A stretch of 64,000 nt of DNA from Vitreimonas sp. (GCA_035627515.1 DASPLQ010000012.1:1344517-1408516); one strand, 5' to 3'. Numbered from the stretch's first letter, positions 1-8,802 are shown. The notes: a model not told the origin generated them from the sequence alone. Made by a program: numbers and translations.

Positions 1-288
1 CACGGCTTCACCAGTGCCTGTGGGCTGGGTGACTACATTAATGCAATGATGCATGCCATAAATAAAATAGACATACCAGTGTCCCGGTGGTCCAAACATG
101 ACCTGAGTTCTCTTGGTCATACCGCGGTAGCTATGCGCAGCTGGATCGTTCATACCTAAATAAGCTTCCGTTTCCACAATTTTGCCTACCATCACTCCGG
201 CAGCAGTCTGATGGACTAAATACTTGCCCAATAGCTCTTTAGCTACTTCCAGCGTGTCGCGGTCATAAAACGATCGTGGTAAAATCAT
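1..288 (-). CDS. mpg: DNA-3-methyladenine glycosylase (Mpg/AAG family); C-terminus cut by window edge
   Basis: Absent from the ORF track because no stop lies inside the window. Reverse-strand ATG is at 286-288. Translation [96 protein letters not shown] carries the conserved ETEAY, DPA.H and MFGP.G.WYVY..YGMH.C.NVV blocks of the family. Confidence 0.75.
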   Translation of the reverse strand, partial: MILPRSFYDRDTLEVAKELLGKYLVHQTAAGVMVGKIVETEAYLGMNDPAAHSYRGMTKRTQVMFGPPGHWYVYFIYGMHHCINVVTQPTGTGEAV

Positions 289-304
289 ATGCTTGATTAT
301 AAGC

Positions 305-422
305 GAAGTAATTGAGTAATTAAGTAAGTGAGTGAGTGAATGAGAATATCGTGAGTGAGAAATAAATAATGAGCTGAGATTTGCGTACTCGCAACCGAAG
401 CGAATTATTTTTCGACACAAAC
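305..422. repeat. Left copy of a ~115-bp inverted repeat (partner at 17456-17569). It lies directly upstream of tRNA-Leu(CAG) and contains GTGAGTGA-type short tandem motifs and the hairpin TTGCGTACTCGCAA.
   Basis: Reverse complement of 17456-17569 aligns with 305-422 across the whole length. The core aataatgagctgagatttgcgtactcgcaaccgaagcgaattattttt (365-412) is identical. Confidence 0.85.
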
Positions 423-508
423 GCCGAAGTGGCGAAATGGTAGACGCGCACGCTTCAGGAGCGTGTCCCCGCAAGGGGATGGAGGTTCGAGTCCTCTCTT
501 CGGCACCA
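423..508 (+). tRNA. tRNA-Leu(CAG), long variable arm, CCA encoded
   Basis: Acceptor gccgaag/cttcggc. Anticodon loop ttCAGga. T-arm ggttcgagtcc. Long variable arm. Confidence 0.85.
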
Positions 509-537
509 GCTAATGATATAATTTAAAGCCTAGTTAA

Positions 538-621
538 GCCCAGGTGGTGAAATGGTATACACGTACGCTTGAGGTGCGTATGCCGAAAGGCGTGGAGGTT
601 CAAGTCCTCTCCTGGGCACCA
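538..621 (+). tRNA. tRNA-Leu(GAG), CCA encoded
   Basis: Acceptor gcccagg/cctgggc. Anticodon loop ttGAGgt. T-arm ggttcaagtcc. Long variable arm. Confidence 0.85.
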
Positions 622-629
622 GATATAAG

Positions 630-657
630 GCGTCTCCTTGCCAAGGAGAAGGTCGCA
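630..657 (+). other. Orphan fragment identical to the anticodon arm and variable region of tRNA-Gly(GCC) at 2450-2522, lying just 5' of tRNA-Val
   Basis: gcgtctccttgccaaggagaaggtcgc is identical to the internal segment of the Gly tRNA at 2474-2500. Confidence 0.7.
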
Positions 658-663
658 GTCTAT

Positions 664-738
664 GGCCGCTTAGTCTCAGTTGGTTAGAGCGCTCGGTTTA
701 CATCCGAGAGGTCACAGGTTCGAGCCCTGTAGCGGCCA
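664..738 (+). tRNA. tRNA-Val(TAC)
   Basis: Acceptor ggccgct/agcggcc. Anticodon loop ttTACat. T-arm aggttcgagccct. Confidence 0.85.
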
Positions 739-775
739 CGTAAAGCATTTATTCTCACAATCGGTGGACACCACA

Positions 776-810
776 AAGAGGTCACCCCGCTCAAGCGGGG
801 TAGCGGCCAC
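776..810 (+). other. Pseudo copy of the tRNA-Val 3' end, with the T-arm replaced by a perfect 6-bp/4-nt hairpin (ccccgc tcaa gcgggg)
   Basis: ggtcac-ccccgctcaagcgggg-tagcggccac compared with the genuine ggtcac-aggttcgagccct-gtagcggccac 60 bp upstream. Confidence 0.6.
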
Positions 811-817
811 ACAACAT

Positions 818-1255
818 TTAATCAATCACAAAATCTGCGCTTACATCTACTTTGCCACTTTCATTTATCATTAAGCGACAATACCAGGCTTCGGGAGCTC
901 CAGGATGTCGAGTAATAAGTAAACTTTTTCTTCGCAGTCCATCATCAATGTGTCGTTCTTCGCATTTCACAGCATGAACGCATGATGACCAATTTGTCGG
1001 TCTGGCCGGATTGCAGGATTCAAAGCAATAACCACGAATTTGTGACAAAATCATTTTAGAATAGTCCTGATCTTGGAGTGAGCGGCAACGCGTTACAAAT
1101 GCTTGCGAACCAGGGGAAAAGCGTTCAAAAATTCCAAAATAGAGAGCAGGAAATATAAAGAGCGCAAAGCCCACAAAACCAACCAAAAGATAGGTTAGAA
1201 AAGCCTGGTAAGTGAAGTAGATCTTAGATGAGTGTGACATCATAACTCCGGCCAT
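818..1255 (-). CDS. Hypothetical protein with N-terminal transmembrane anchor
   Basis: ORF with a hydrophobic N-terminal segment. No recognisable motif. Confidence 0.4.
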   Translation of the reverse strand: MAGVMMSHSSKIYFTYQAFLTYLLVGFVGFALFIFPALYFGIFERFSPGSQAFVTRCRSLQDQDYSKMILSQIRGYCFESCNPARPTNWSSCVHAVKCEERHIDDGLRRKSLLITRHPGAPEAWYCRLMINESGKVDVSADFVID

Positions 1256-1722
1256 TCTTCAGGATGCTCAAAAATAGGTGGTGTTTCTTTATAAACTGGA
1301 AAGATTTCCTTGGGCGTACTACCAGGAGGTAATGCCCAATTAGTATGCGTTGTATTTTTAGAGTAATCAGAGTGATAGTAAAAGATTGGCCAGCTTAAGG
1401 ATTGGGCTGCCATCCTAAAGCCTGAATTATCGGGTAATGGCCGGTAATGCATCTTTGTACAAAAATTTAGGTACTTTCTAGAGCAAATGATTTCATTACT
1501 GATGAGCGTTAAATCAGCCGGATACGTACCTTTTTCAGCCTTATATATCTCCACTTGTTCAGCAGCCTCTTTAAACTGTCTATATAAATCAAAGTCTCTT
1601 TGTTCAGTATCGAAAATAAAGAGGCGTAAAAAGACATTGAGGACCAAATAACCCAGTAATAATGCCAACAATAAGCCAAAAGCCATTAGAACGCGAAATA
1701 GAAGCTTTATTGGTTTTTTCAT
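1240..1722 (-). CDS. Hypothetical protein with N-terminal transmembrane anchor
   Basis: ORF with N-terminal TM helix MKKPIKLLFRVLMAFGLLLALLLGYLVL. AT-rich. Confidence 0.45.
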   Translation of the reverse strand: MKKPIKLLFRVLMAFGLLLALLLGYLVLNVFLRLFIFDTEQRDFDLYRQFKEAAEQVEIYKAEKGTYPADLTLISNEIICSRKYLNFCTKMHYRPLPDNSGFRMAAQSLSWPIFYYHSDYSKNTTHTNWALPPGSTPKEIFPVYKETPPIFEHPEEWPEL

Positions 1723-1731
1723 AATAAAACA

Positions 1732-2217
1732 CTAGTCAAAAAATTCATGAACAACTTTGGTATAGACTATCTCACCCTGAAAACAAACTAAGTACATATA
1801 ATAGGAAAAATCTCCATGTGGCCCTGCCTTCCCGTCGGCAGAGTATTTCCAACAATTTCGATCATTACCTACGCCTATACCATCTGCCAAAGGTTTGCCC
1901 AGCAAGTCTTCAACTTGGCCTTTAGTCATGTTCTTTTCAACCTTTTCAAAGTTAGTAACAGTGAAGCCAGGAGCAAAAATCGTGTCAATTTCTGGATATG
2001 GATAAAAATGTTGCTCTGAAAACAGAAAAACATGAATAATAAAAGGAGCCACGATGAAAATAATTGCTATTTGTAAAGCGATCACACCAGCAATGAGAGA
2101 TACCAACTTAGAAAAAAGTGTTTTATCTTTTCGGAAAAAAAGTCCTGCTGTTAAACTAATAGCGGCACATACTCCAAACAGTAAGAGAAAAAACCGAGTA
2201 ATTAAGAACCACGACAT
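1732..2217 (-). CDS. Hypothetical membrane protein, possibly with a BamE/SmpA-OmlA-like C-terminal domain
   Basis: Two N-terminal TM helices. MTKGQVEDLLGKPL resembles the SmpA/OmlA motif. Weak. Confidence 0.4.
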   Translation of the reverse strand: MSWFLITRFFLLLFGVCAAISLTAGLFFRKDKTLFSKLVSLIAGVIALQIAIIFIVAPFIIHVFLFSEQHFYPYPEIDTIFAPGFTVTNFEKVEKNMTKGQVEDLLGKPLADGIGVGNDRNCWKYSADGKAGPHGDFSYYMYLVCFQGEIVYTKVVHEFFD

Positions 2218-2315
2218 GAAAAATTATAGCATTTTCATCTTAGGGGAGTTAAAATCTCCTCGCACAAATCAAGATATTTTGGTTATAATAGTGATTCGTT
2301 ATTGCAAAATAACAT

Positions 2316-2391
2316 GCCAAGCTAGCCAAGTTGGTCACGGCGCATGTCTGAAAAACATGAAATTCAGGTTCGATTCCTGAGCTTGGCACCA
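2316..2391 (+). tRNA. tRNA-Phe(GAA)
   Basis: Acceptor gccaagc/gcttggc. Anticodon loop ctGAAaa. T-arm caggttcgattcctg. CCA present. Confidence 0.85.
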
Positions 2392-2449
2392 GACATTGAG
2401 AAAAATGAGATGAACGGGTACAATTGACACTTGTTCAATTAACAGAATG

Positions 2450-2522
2450 CGAGAATAGCTCAGTTGGCTAGAGCGTCTCCTTGCCAAGGAGAAGGTCGCG
2501 GGTTCGAGTCCCGTTTCTCGCT
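2450..2522 (+). tRNA. tRNA-Gly(GCC)
   Basis: Acceptor gcgagaa/ttctcgc. Anticodon loop ttGCCaa. T-arm gcgggttcgagtcccgt. Confidence 0.85.
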
Positions 2523-2526
2523 CACT

Positions 2527-2835
2527 TTAATCATCCCCATACCAGCAACCAGCTTTTTTAAGCATTTCCTTAAGCTCTAAATCAAATTTTTCTGATTCAG
2601 TTAAAACATTGGTTTTCTCTAGTGAAAAAAGATCGTAAACACTGGCATCAAGATAGTGAGCAATTTTTAAAGCCGTTAAGACTGAAGGAACCACTAAACC
2701 TTTCTCAATGTCGTAAACATTTTGCCTACTAATACCAATATGAAATGCCAAAGTTAACTGAGAGACGCCGATAGATTTGCGAAATTTGGCCACATTATTG
2801 TAAAGTTTGACAGGGTGCAGTGAGGGGTTCTTCAT
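2527..2835 (-). CDS. XRE-family helix-turn-helix transcriptional regulator
   Basis: HTH signature SQLTLAFHIGISRQNVYDIEKG. 102 aa. Confidence 0.7.
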   Translation of the reverse strand: MKNPSLHPVKLYNNVAKFRKSIGVSQLTLAFHIGISRQNVYDIEKGLVVPSVLTALKIAHYLDASVYDLFSLEKTNVLTESEKFDLELKEMLKKAGCWYGDD

Positions 2836-2844
2836 GAGAGAAAC

Positions 2845-2894
2845 GTCATTTAAAAGTTACACTTTTTATTCAAACTGTAAACTTTAGATGACAG
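2845..2894. promoter_or_regulatory. Palindromic intergenic element, copy 1 (arms TGTCATYTAAARGTTTACA, ~13-bp AT spacer), 10 bp upstream of the XRE regulator start
   Basis: GTCATTTAAAAGTTACAC...CTGTAAACTTTAGATGACAG. Same architecture at 8803-8853 and 38757-38805. Confidence 0.6.
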
Positions 2895-2924
2895 ATTCTT
2901 CCAAGGATATACCTCCAACCTTTA

Positions 2925-3578
2925 CTAAACCGTAGTACTAACCAAATCACTCATTTTAGCTGCGATAGCTTCTTCAGCAATTTCCTCAGGTTTTATTTTG
3001 CACACTTCAAAAATCTGCTTTTCAATTTGGTATAAGTATTGAGAATATTGCCGCCGCTTCATCACATCTTCTTCCAGAGAATATTTATCACCATATCGCT
3101 CCTCTAAGTCATCTAACCGTTCTTGCAAAAGCACCACTCCAGTTGGCGCCACCCGCATATCAGCATAGGCACAGATTTTTTGAGCTAAATCAGAGCTTAA
3201 AAAGTTTTCCTCAGCTTTCAAGAAACCCACTGCATCAATTAACTCATAAACTCGCAGCTCCACCCCAATCTCATCAATAATTTTCATCGTTGCATCATGA
3301 TCATTGTGACCATACTTTGCCACAAACTCTTTCTGGATTTCTTGCCAATATTCCAACTCACCAGCCGGCACAAACTCGGGAAACTTCAATAAATCAAACT
3401 TCACGATGTTACCCATGTCATGTAGTAAACAAGCTAAAATCACATGGCGGCGATCATTATCAGAAAGGGGAGTAGTTAAGGTATCTACAATCACGGCGGC
3501 CACACCTGCTACCCGTAGCTGGTGCTGCTGCAAATTAGGCATCAACCGATACTGTTGGTAAAGCTGCGCAATCGTCAT
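2925..3578 (-). CDS. HD-domain phosphohydrolase
   Basis: Conserved H...HD motif (LLHDMGN). Confidence 0.7.
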   Translation of the reverse strand: MTIAQLYQQYRLMPNLQQHQLRVAGVAAVIVDTLTTPLSDNDRRHVILACLLHDMGNIVKFDLLKFPEFVPAGELEYWQEIQKEFVAKYGHNDHDATMKIIDEIGVELRVYELIDAVGFLKAEENFLSSDLAQKICAYADMRVAPTGVVLLQERLDDLEERYGDKYSLEEDVMKRRQYSQYLYQIEKQIFEVCKIKPEEIAEEAIAAKMSDLVSTTV

Positions 3579-3598
3579 GGGGCAAGTATAACAAACTC

Positions 3599-4318
3599 TT
3601 ACTTAAAAAAGGCGCCATACCGGATAGAGCGCGAAAACTTCCGGTAAAAAGCCTCTAAAATCACGTCTCGGGCTTCATTAACTTGGAAGTACTGGGTATT
3701 TATCGTCAAGTCATATGAGTTACATTTATCAATATCCTTGCGCAAATACTGCTTCACAAAGGACCGCCGTTCTTTCTCCACTTTGGCGATCACTTCTTTA
3801 GCTTGAGCTTCATTCAATCCCTCAAAATCCATGGCCCGCTTCACTCGCCGATCGTATGGAGCTGTGATATTAATGTGCAACCCTTTAGCAAACGGACAAA
3901 TAAAGTTTGCACCTCTACCTAGAATAACTACATGTCCTTGCAAAGCGTATGCCAGCATCACCTTCACTAACTCCGTCACATACGTTAAGTCATCAATGTA
4001 CTCAGGATTAAGAATCGAGTGGACAATGTCATCAATTTTGCTGCGGCTCTTTTCATCGATAGCTTTAATGGCTGCTTTACGTTGTTTAGTCGAGTTCGCA
4101 ATTTCTTCAATCAGTTGGTCATCAACAAAAGTAAAACCTAACTTGTCTGCCACTGCTTTGGCAATGGGTGCCCCACCACTACCGGGCTCACGAGCAATGG
4201 TAATAAAGGGTCGGACAAATGAAGATTCAGCATCAGCACTATATTGATTAAAGATGCGATCTTTGATGTTGAGGGTATTAATGATTTTATTAACCAGCGG
4301 GTAATAATGTAGGGACAT
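3599..4318 (-). CDS. Cytidylate kinase-like family P-loop protein
   Basis: ITIAREPGSGGAPIAKAVADKLGF is a Walker-A-like loop typical of the cytidylate-kinase-like family. TATAAT sits 9 nt upstream of the ATG. Confidence 0.6.
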   Translation of the reverse strand: MSLHYYPLVNKIINTLNIKDRIFNQYSADAESSFVRPFITIAREPGSGGAPIAKAVADKLGFTFVDDQLIEEIANSTKQRKAAIKAIDEKSRSKIDDIVHSILNPEYIDDLTYVTELVKVMLAYALQGHVVILGRGANFICPFAKGLHINITAPYDRRVKRAMDFEGLNEAQAKEVIAKVEKERRSFVKQYLRKDIDKCNSYDLTINTQYFQVNEARDVILEAFYRKFSRSIRYGAFFK

Positions 4319-4410
4319 ACTTAATTATATCTAAGACTCCAATGAGCAGAAATTATGTACCCCAGATGATGTTATAATGTCAGAGCCTGTTAAGAGGTAT
4401 GTAAGTTTTC

Positions 4411-4484
4411 GCGTCAGTAGCTCAGTTGGATAGAGCATCTGTCTTCGGAACAGAGGGTCGGGGGTTCGAATCCCTCCTGGCGCA
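4411..4484 (+). tRNA. tRNA-Arg(TCG)
   Basis: Acceptor gcgtcag/ctggcgc. Anticodon loop ctTCGga. T-arm ggttcgaatcc. Followed by a T-run and the hairpin cttcgccttggcgaag. Confidence 0.8.
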
Positions 4485-4581
4485 CTTTTTTTACTCCTGT
4501 ACTCCAAGCCTTTCTTCGCCTTGGCGAAGCTCGCTTTATTTTGTAAACTTTTACCTTGTTACTTTTACTTGAGGAAATTAT

Positions 4582-5202
4582 ATGTACGCTGATACTGTCT
4601 ATTTATTTGGTGATCAATTTGCTCCGGCTGCCGGGATGTTGGGTTATAAAGAAACCTTGCCCAATGGCACAAAAGTTGATCAGAAGCGCTTAGCGGAACT
4701 GGTCGTCATAGCGGCTTTAGTCGAAATGAGTGAACAAGGTTACATCAAGACCTATGTAAAAGATGGGGAATTTTTGTTTTTTAAAACCCAAACTGCAGTC
4801 GTGAGCTTAGAAAAAAAACCTGCCAAGTCTTTAGGTGTATTCGAACATGCTTTACTTAGTGTATTGGATAGTGCCCAAAAAGAACTGTCTATTAACGATT
4901 TACTTCATTACCTTTTGCAACGGGACAGTTATAACCCCTGGGGTGAAGTGACTAGATTCATTAATGAAAATCTCATCAACCGAGGCATTCTAGAAAAGAC
5001 TAAAGATAAACAAATATTATTTATTAAAACCTACAAAAATGTACTGAAAGGGGAAATTCCCCAAGAAGAACAACAGCGGTTAGAAAAAGTCAAAACGGCT
5101 TTAGAACACTTTAAAAATAACGATCCTGTGCTTTATAAAAAAGTTCTTGATGGCGTCAATAATGGGATTAGCTCCCGGGTAGTGCAATCAGATAATGACT
5201 AA
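4582..5202 (+). CDS. Hypothetical protein
   Basis: 206-aa ORF. No confident family call. Confidence 0.45.
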   Translation: MYADTVYLFGDQFAPAAGMLGYKETLPNGTKVDQKRLAELVVIAALVEMSEQGYIKTYVKDGEFLFFKTQTAVVSLEKKPAKSLGVFEHALLSVLDSAQKELSINDLLHYLLQRDSYNPWGEVTRFINENLINRGILEKTKDKQILFIKTYKNVLKGEIPQEEQQRLEKVKTALEHFKNNDPVLYKKVLDGVNNGISSRVVQSDND

Positions 5203-5216
5203 GAGTATACTGAGGT

Positions 5217-5807
5217 ATGTCAACCTCTCCCTCTCAACCTACTCAACCACAATCACCACGACGCTTATTTCGCGCCCTCGAAGCTAAATCTTTGCGCTCA
5301 CGGACCGTACCGACCCAAATTGCTGATTATTTAACGAGCAAAAGTAGCACCCCTACTTTTTTGTTTTTGAACACGCTGTTATTTGCGTTTTGGATAATTT
5401 GGAACTCAGGCCTTATTCCTCAACTCAAACCCATCGATCCGTATCCCTTTGGCTTTTTGACGATGGTGGTCTCACTAGAAGCAATTGCGTTATCCATTTT
5501 TGTGTTAATTTCTCAAAATCGGGCGGCTCAAATTGCCACCTTGCGTGATGAGCTCAACTTACGCGTCAATCTGATTGCTGAACAAGAAGTGACTAAAAGT
5601 TTACAAATTTTAGCTGAGATGCGGACTAAAATGGGCATTAAAACTCCTGATCCTGAGCTTGAGGAAATGTTGCAAGATATTAATGCCTCTGACCTTGAGC
5701 ACTCGATCGCGGCTCAGTTAGTGAGAGCGGACCAAACGGTCATTACCAAACTGACCAAAAAAGACGTTCCTAACCTAATTAACTCGCTCCTGAATGTGCG
5801 GCGGTAA
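5217..5807 (+). CDS. Hypothetical membrane protein (two TM helices; possibly DUF1003-like)
   Basis: Two hydrophobic helices (FLFLNTLLFAFWIIW; LTMVVSLEAIALSIFVLI) followed by a coiled C-terminal region. Confidence 0.45.
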   Translation: MSTSPSQPTQPQSPRRLFRALEAKSLRSRTVPTQIADYLTSKSSTPTFLFLNTLLFAFWIIWNSGLIPQLKPIDPYPFGFLTMVVSLEAIALSIFVLISQNRAAQIATLRDELNLRVNLIAEQEVTKSLQILAEMRTKMGIKTPDPELEEMLQDINASDLEHSIAAQLVRADQTVITKLTKKDVPNLINSLLNVRR

Positions 5808-5816
5808 ACTCCTAGC

Positions 5817-5847
5817 TTGACTTTGCCCTTACTGGAATGTTTATAGT
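5817..5847 (+). promoter_or_regulatory. Sigma70-like promoter with a 19-bp spacer (TTGACT-N19-TATAGT), the hallmark of MerR-regulated promoters; dyad TAGTACaattcGTACTA overlaps the -10 box and transcription start
   Basis: TTGACT at 5817-5822, TATAGT at 5842-5847, ATG at 5860, giving a near-leaderless mRNA. Confidence 0.55.
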
Positions 5848-5859
5848 ACAATTCGTACT

Positions 5860-6282
5860 ATGAAACACTTAACTGTCAGCCAACTAGGAAAAGCTATTGG
5901 TGTCACACCCAAAACCATTCGCTTTTATGAATCTGAAGGCTTAATCACGCCTACAAAGCGGGCCGAGAATGGTTATCGTTTGTATGATGAATCGCTGGTT
6001 GAGGAACTTCAGTTAATTAAACAAGCTCGAGATTTAGGTTTGCCCCTCAAAGAAATTAAAACCTTACTAGCAGGTTGCCAAGGTGAAAGTTGCGATCACA
6101 CTAAAAAATATGTGCAGGGTGAAATTGATGACTACTTGGTCAAACTGAGCGCCAAAATTGACCAACTTCTTAATTTGCAGGCAAAATTACAACAACTCCG
6201 GACCCAGCTGGACAGCAATCCTCAATTTTGTGAGGGGGGAAAGTATTGTTGTAATATTTTGCATCAATTATCAAAAGTCTAG
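5860..6282 (+). CDS. MerR-family transcriptional regulator with Cys-rich C-terminus (probable metal sensor)
   Basis: N-terminal MerR HTH (LTVSQLGKAIGVTPKTIRFYESEGLITP...GYRLYDE). C-terminal Cys cluster (GCQGESCDH...KYCCN). Confidence 0.8.
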   Translation: MKHLTVSQLGKAIGVTPKTIRFYESEGLITPTKRAENGYRLYDESLVEELQLIKQARDLGLPLKEIKTLLAGCQGESCDHTKKYVQGEIDDYLVKLSAKIDQLLNLQAKLQQLRTQLDSNPQFCEGGKYCCNILHQLSKV

Positions 6283-6298
6283 AAAGGAGGTGAGAAAT

Positions 6299-6343
6299 AT
6301 GAATTCCAACGAAACGTGTTGCGGCGGCGGTTGCCAATGCTAA
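6299..6343 (+). CDS. 14-aa Cys-rich micro-protein MNSNETCCGGGCQC (putative metal-binding peptide)
   Basis: ATG at 6299 preceded by a strong SD (aaaggaggtga, 7-nt spacing). Five Cys in 14 residues. Followed by hairpin terminator ccatcatgtgcgcgccatgatgg at 6371-6393. Co-directional and contiguous with the merR-like gene. Confidence 0.55.
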   Translation: MNSNETCCGGGCQC

Positions 6344-6370
6344 GTATTAAACATTAATACACCAACACAA

Positions 6371-6400
6371 CCATCATGTGCGCGCCATGATGGTTTATCT
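6371..6400 (+). terminator. Putative intrinsic terminator after the merR/micro-ORF unit
   Basis: 8-bp perfect stem ccatcatg/catgatgg followed by tttatct. Confidence 0.45.
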
Positions 6401-6452
6401 CCCTCTACTTGATCGCATAAGTATCTGATATATAATTTAGTTATAGGATTAT

Positions 6453-7454
6453 ATGTCGGAAATTGTTCAAAAAGGTTTTTCACTAGCTCCAGGTGTGGAC
6501 ACACAAACTTTCCCTGTACGGGGACCTTTGGTTGAAATAACAGACCAAGGTTTCAAAGTTGTTCAAGGCCTGGGCAGCATACCTTTAGAAACGTTAGCAA
6601 AATACTACGATTTATATCACAATCGTCTTGACACACCCAGGGTAGAAATGTCAGTAGATGAAGAAGCACTCCAAAAATGGGTTGATCTTTTAATTGATGA
6701 CGCTTTTTCTGCAGTTGGTATAAATCTTGTTAGAAAGTTGGGATTATACCCTGATCCTAATGGTAAAAACATTTTAACTCCTTCAATTATTCTTACTCAC
6801 CTTACTAATCAACCAAATAGATATGTCCAGCTTAATGCTATTACTCCTGAAGGAAAAATCAGGATTAGAGCTATAAAAGTTGTTGATCTCTTTCAAGGAG
6901 ACTTTGCAGCTTGCCAATACACCATATTTACAGGTTTAAGAATGGCAGCGTGGGAAAAATTAACTGAAGAAGGCAATGATCCTCGATTTCAGGATTCTAT
7001 CTTTCAATCTTTGATGAGTAAGTCATTAAATACCGAAAGGATTCTCCAGCACGTTCATAACTCACCGCAACTTTTTGAGTGGGCATATCCAAATGACGGA
7101 CCTCAGAATTTAATCCAATCGGTGGAAGCATTGATTTACAACGCTGCAATTCGAGAGACATACTTGCCACTTATTCAAATCGCCAATAAAATGCTAACGA
7201 ACTTAATTTTATTTAACCACCTGGCAGATGAGAACCTCATCTTAGCCGGTAAGCCAACCTATAATGATGACGCAACTTATAATTTTAGTGATCATGAATT
7301 CCAATCAATAATTAACAGTCTCAAAAATAAAGCCCTCTTCCTACTTTACTTCAGAATGGACCTCATGGACCCTGCATCACATCGTTATTTAGTTGAGTAT
7401 CTTTATTATCGTTTTGGTGAAGAAGCCCCAGGAAAGAAATGGGAAACAAACTAA
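6453..7454 (+). CDS. Hypothetical protein (333 aa)
   Basis: Long ORF. No recognisable motif. Confidence 0.45.
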   Translation: MSEIVQKGFSLAPGVDTQTFPVRGPLVEITDQGFKVVQGLGSIPLETLAKYYDLYHNRLDTPRVEMSVDEEALQKWVDLLIDDAFSAVGINLVRKLGLYPDPNGKNILTPSIILTHLTNQPNRYVQLNAITPEGKIRIRAIKVVDLFQGDFAACQYTIFTGLRMAAWEKLTEEGNDPRFQDSIFQSLMSKSLNTERILQHVHNSPQLFEWAYPNDGPQNLIQSVEALIYNAAIRETYLPLIQIANKMLTNLILFNHLADENLILAGKPTYNDDATYNFSDHEFQSIINSLKNKALFLLYFRMDLMDPASHRYLVEYLYYRFGEEAPGKKWETN

Positions 7455-7461
7455 ATTAAGT

Positions 7462-7896
7462 ATGGAAAGAAGTCATAACCTCCCAATAGATGAACTCCAA
7501 CGAAGAGCTGGCAGTGCTAACCGTGGATTTAATGACACAATTATCAAGCCACAAGCTTTTAGAATTGGTTTGAGTCAATCTAATCCAGAGTTCCTACCAC
7601 CGAAAAAAAAAGTCATTATTTTTCCAAGACAACAGAACTTTGCACAAATTAATACACAGACTGCGACTGAAACACTCCTGCTTCCAGCCACAACCTCACG
7701 CATCAAATCACGACGAGATCGTACTGCTTCACCTGTTTCCGAGCTTAATGACGTGGTAGAAGCGATTAATACACGCGTCCAAAAAGAAAACCAACCGCTA
7801 GCCGACGATGTAAGTGCTGAAACCTTAATGGTCCAAGCCCTACAAAAAATCTTATCGAGCAAATCACAAGCCAAAGCTCCAACTAAACTTGTTTAG
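7462..7896 (+). CDS. Hypothetical protein (start trimmed to the first non-overlapping ATG)
   Basis: ORF 7393-7896 overlaps the previous gene. ATG at 7462 (MERSHNLPIDEL...) removes the overlap. Ser/Thr/Pro-rich low complexity. Confidence 0.35.
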   Translation: MERSHNLPIDELQRRAGSANRGFNDTIIKPQAFRIGLSQSNPEFLPPKKKVIIFPRQQNFAQINTQTATETLLLPATTSRIKSRRDRTASPVSELNDVVEAINTRVQKENQPLADDVSAETLMVQALQKILSSKSQAKAPTKLV

Positions 7897-8758
7897 CTAA
7901 AAACTCCAACACTGCCTTTTGAAACCCCTCGGGATCATGCCAAAAGATGTCATGACCAGTCGGAAACTCCTGATACTCTTTGGTCGTTTCTAAAGCTCGG
8001 TAAATATCACTAGCATCTTCATGATCAACTGTTTGATCTTTTTCAGCTGAAAATAAAAGCACCGGCACTTTAATATTACCCACCACAGCCATAGGAGTGT
8101 TACCTGGGTAGCTTCGGCCAAACTCTAAGTAACCCGCTGTGGTCATAAATGGGGTAAATATGCTGGCTGGAAAACCTTCTTTATCGATTCTGAAGGCAAA
8201 GAGGGACTGCAAGTTTTTATACGGCACAGAGGCAATAATAAAATCACCCTTCTGGGTTTTACCGACAGTTACTAGTGAAGTGGTAGCGCCCATGGAGATA
8301 CCCAAGTAGCCAATCTTCTTATCTTTATTTTCAGAGAGGGAAGAGAGGTGATCATAAACAGCTTCTAAATCTTGCCATTCTTTGACACCCATATAAATTT
8401 TTTCTCCCTCACTCTCACCAAAACTCCGCATATCAACTAATACTGTCGAGTAACCAGCTTTTCTCAGGTAGGGGACATGCCCCAACATGCTGGTCTTACC
8501 ACCGGGGTTGCTGTACCCATGAACTAAAATGACTACTGCTTTGGGATTTTTGACTGGAAAAGACCAGTACGCAATCTGTTGGCCATTAGCATTGGTTACA
8601 AATTGGGTTTCGGCCGTCAAACCATCAGGAAACGTATATTCCGAAGCCTCGGCGTGGAAATTGAGTTGCGTATGGAGGCGATACCAGACATAGAGAAAGG
8701 CAATTACTATCCCTGTTAAGAATAGTAATATTAAAAAGAGAAGAATTTTCATAGCCAA
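7883..8758 (-). CDS. Secreted/membrane-anchored alpha/beta hydrolase (dienelactone-hydrolase/esterase-like)
   Basis: N-terminal hydrophobic signal/anchor. GxSxG nucleophile elbow (GISMGA). HGY motif. Confidence 0.7.
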   Translation of the reverse strand: MAMKILLFLILLFLTGIVIAFLYVWYRLHTQLNFHAEASEYTFPDGLTAETQFVTNANGQQIAYWSFPVKNPKAVVILVHGYSNPGGKTSMLGHVPYLRKAGYSTVLVDMRSFGESEGEKIYMGVKEWQDLEAVYDHLSSLSENKDKKIGYLGISMGATTSLVTVGKTQKGDFIIASVPYKNLQSLFAFRIDKEGFPASIFTPFMTTAGYLEFGRSYPGNTPMAVVGNIKVPVLLFSAEKDQTVDHEDASDIYRALETTKEYQEFPTGHDIFWHDPEGFQKAVLEFLAKQV

Positions 8759-8802
8759 AAACTTAATTTAGATTGAGACATCAGTATCATTATACAGAAA
8801 TC

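Noticed and set aside
680-874. Plus-strand ORF (64 aa) across the tRNA-Val / pseudo-tRNA region
   Set aside because: It overlaps a confidently identified tRNA gene and its tandem fragment. No promoter or RBS.
818-2217. Three consecutive small membrane-anchored ORFs as a single frameshifted gene
   Set aside because: Each begins with its own hydrophobic N-terminal anchor and has an independent start, so separate small genes are more likely.
1816-2380. Plus-strand ORFs 1816-2019 and 2054-2380
   Set aside because: They are antisense to a better-supported membrane-protein gene, and the second overlaps tRNA-Phe. Low-complexity AT-rich translation.
3290-4247. Antisense ORFs 3290-3475 and 3831-4247
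   Set aside because: They lie inside and opposite the HD-domain and cytidylate-kinase-like genes, which carry clear family motifs.
6158-6343. Long 61-aa version of the Cys-rich ORF
   Set aside because: The upstream part overlaps the merR 3' end without any RBS. The strong SD is positioned for the internal ATG at 6299, so only the 14-codon version is reported.
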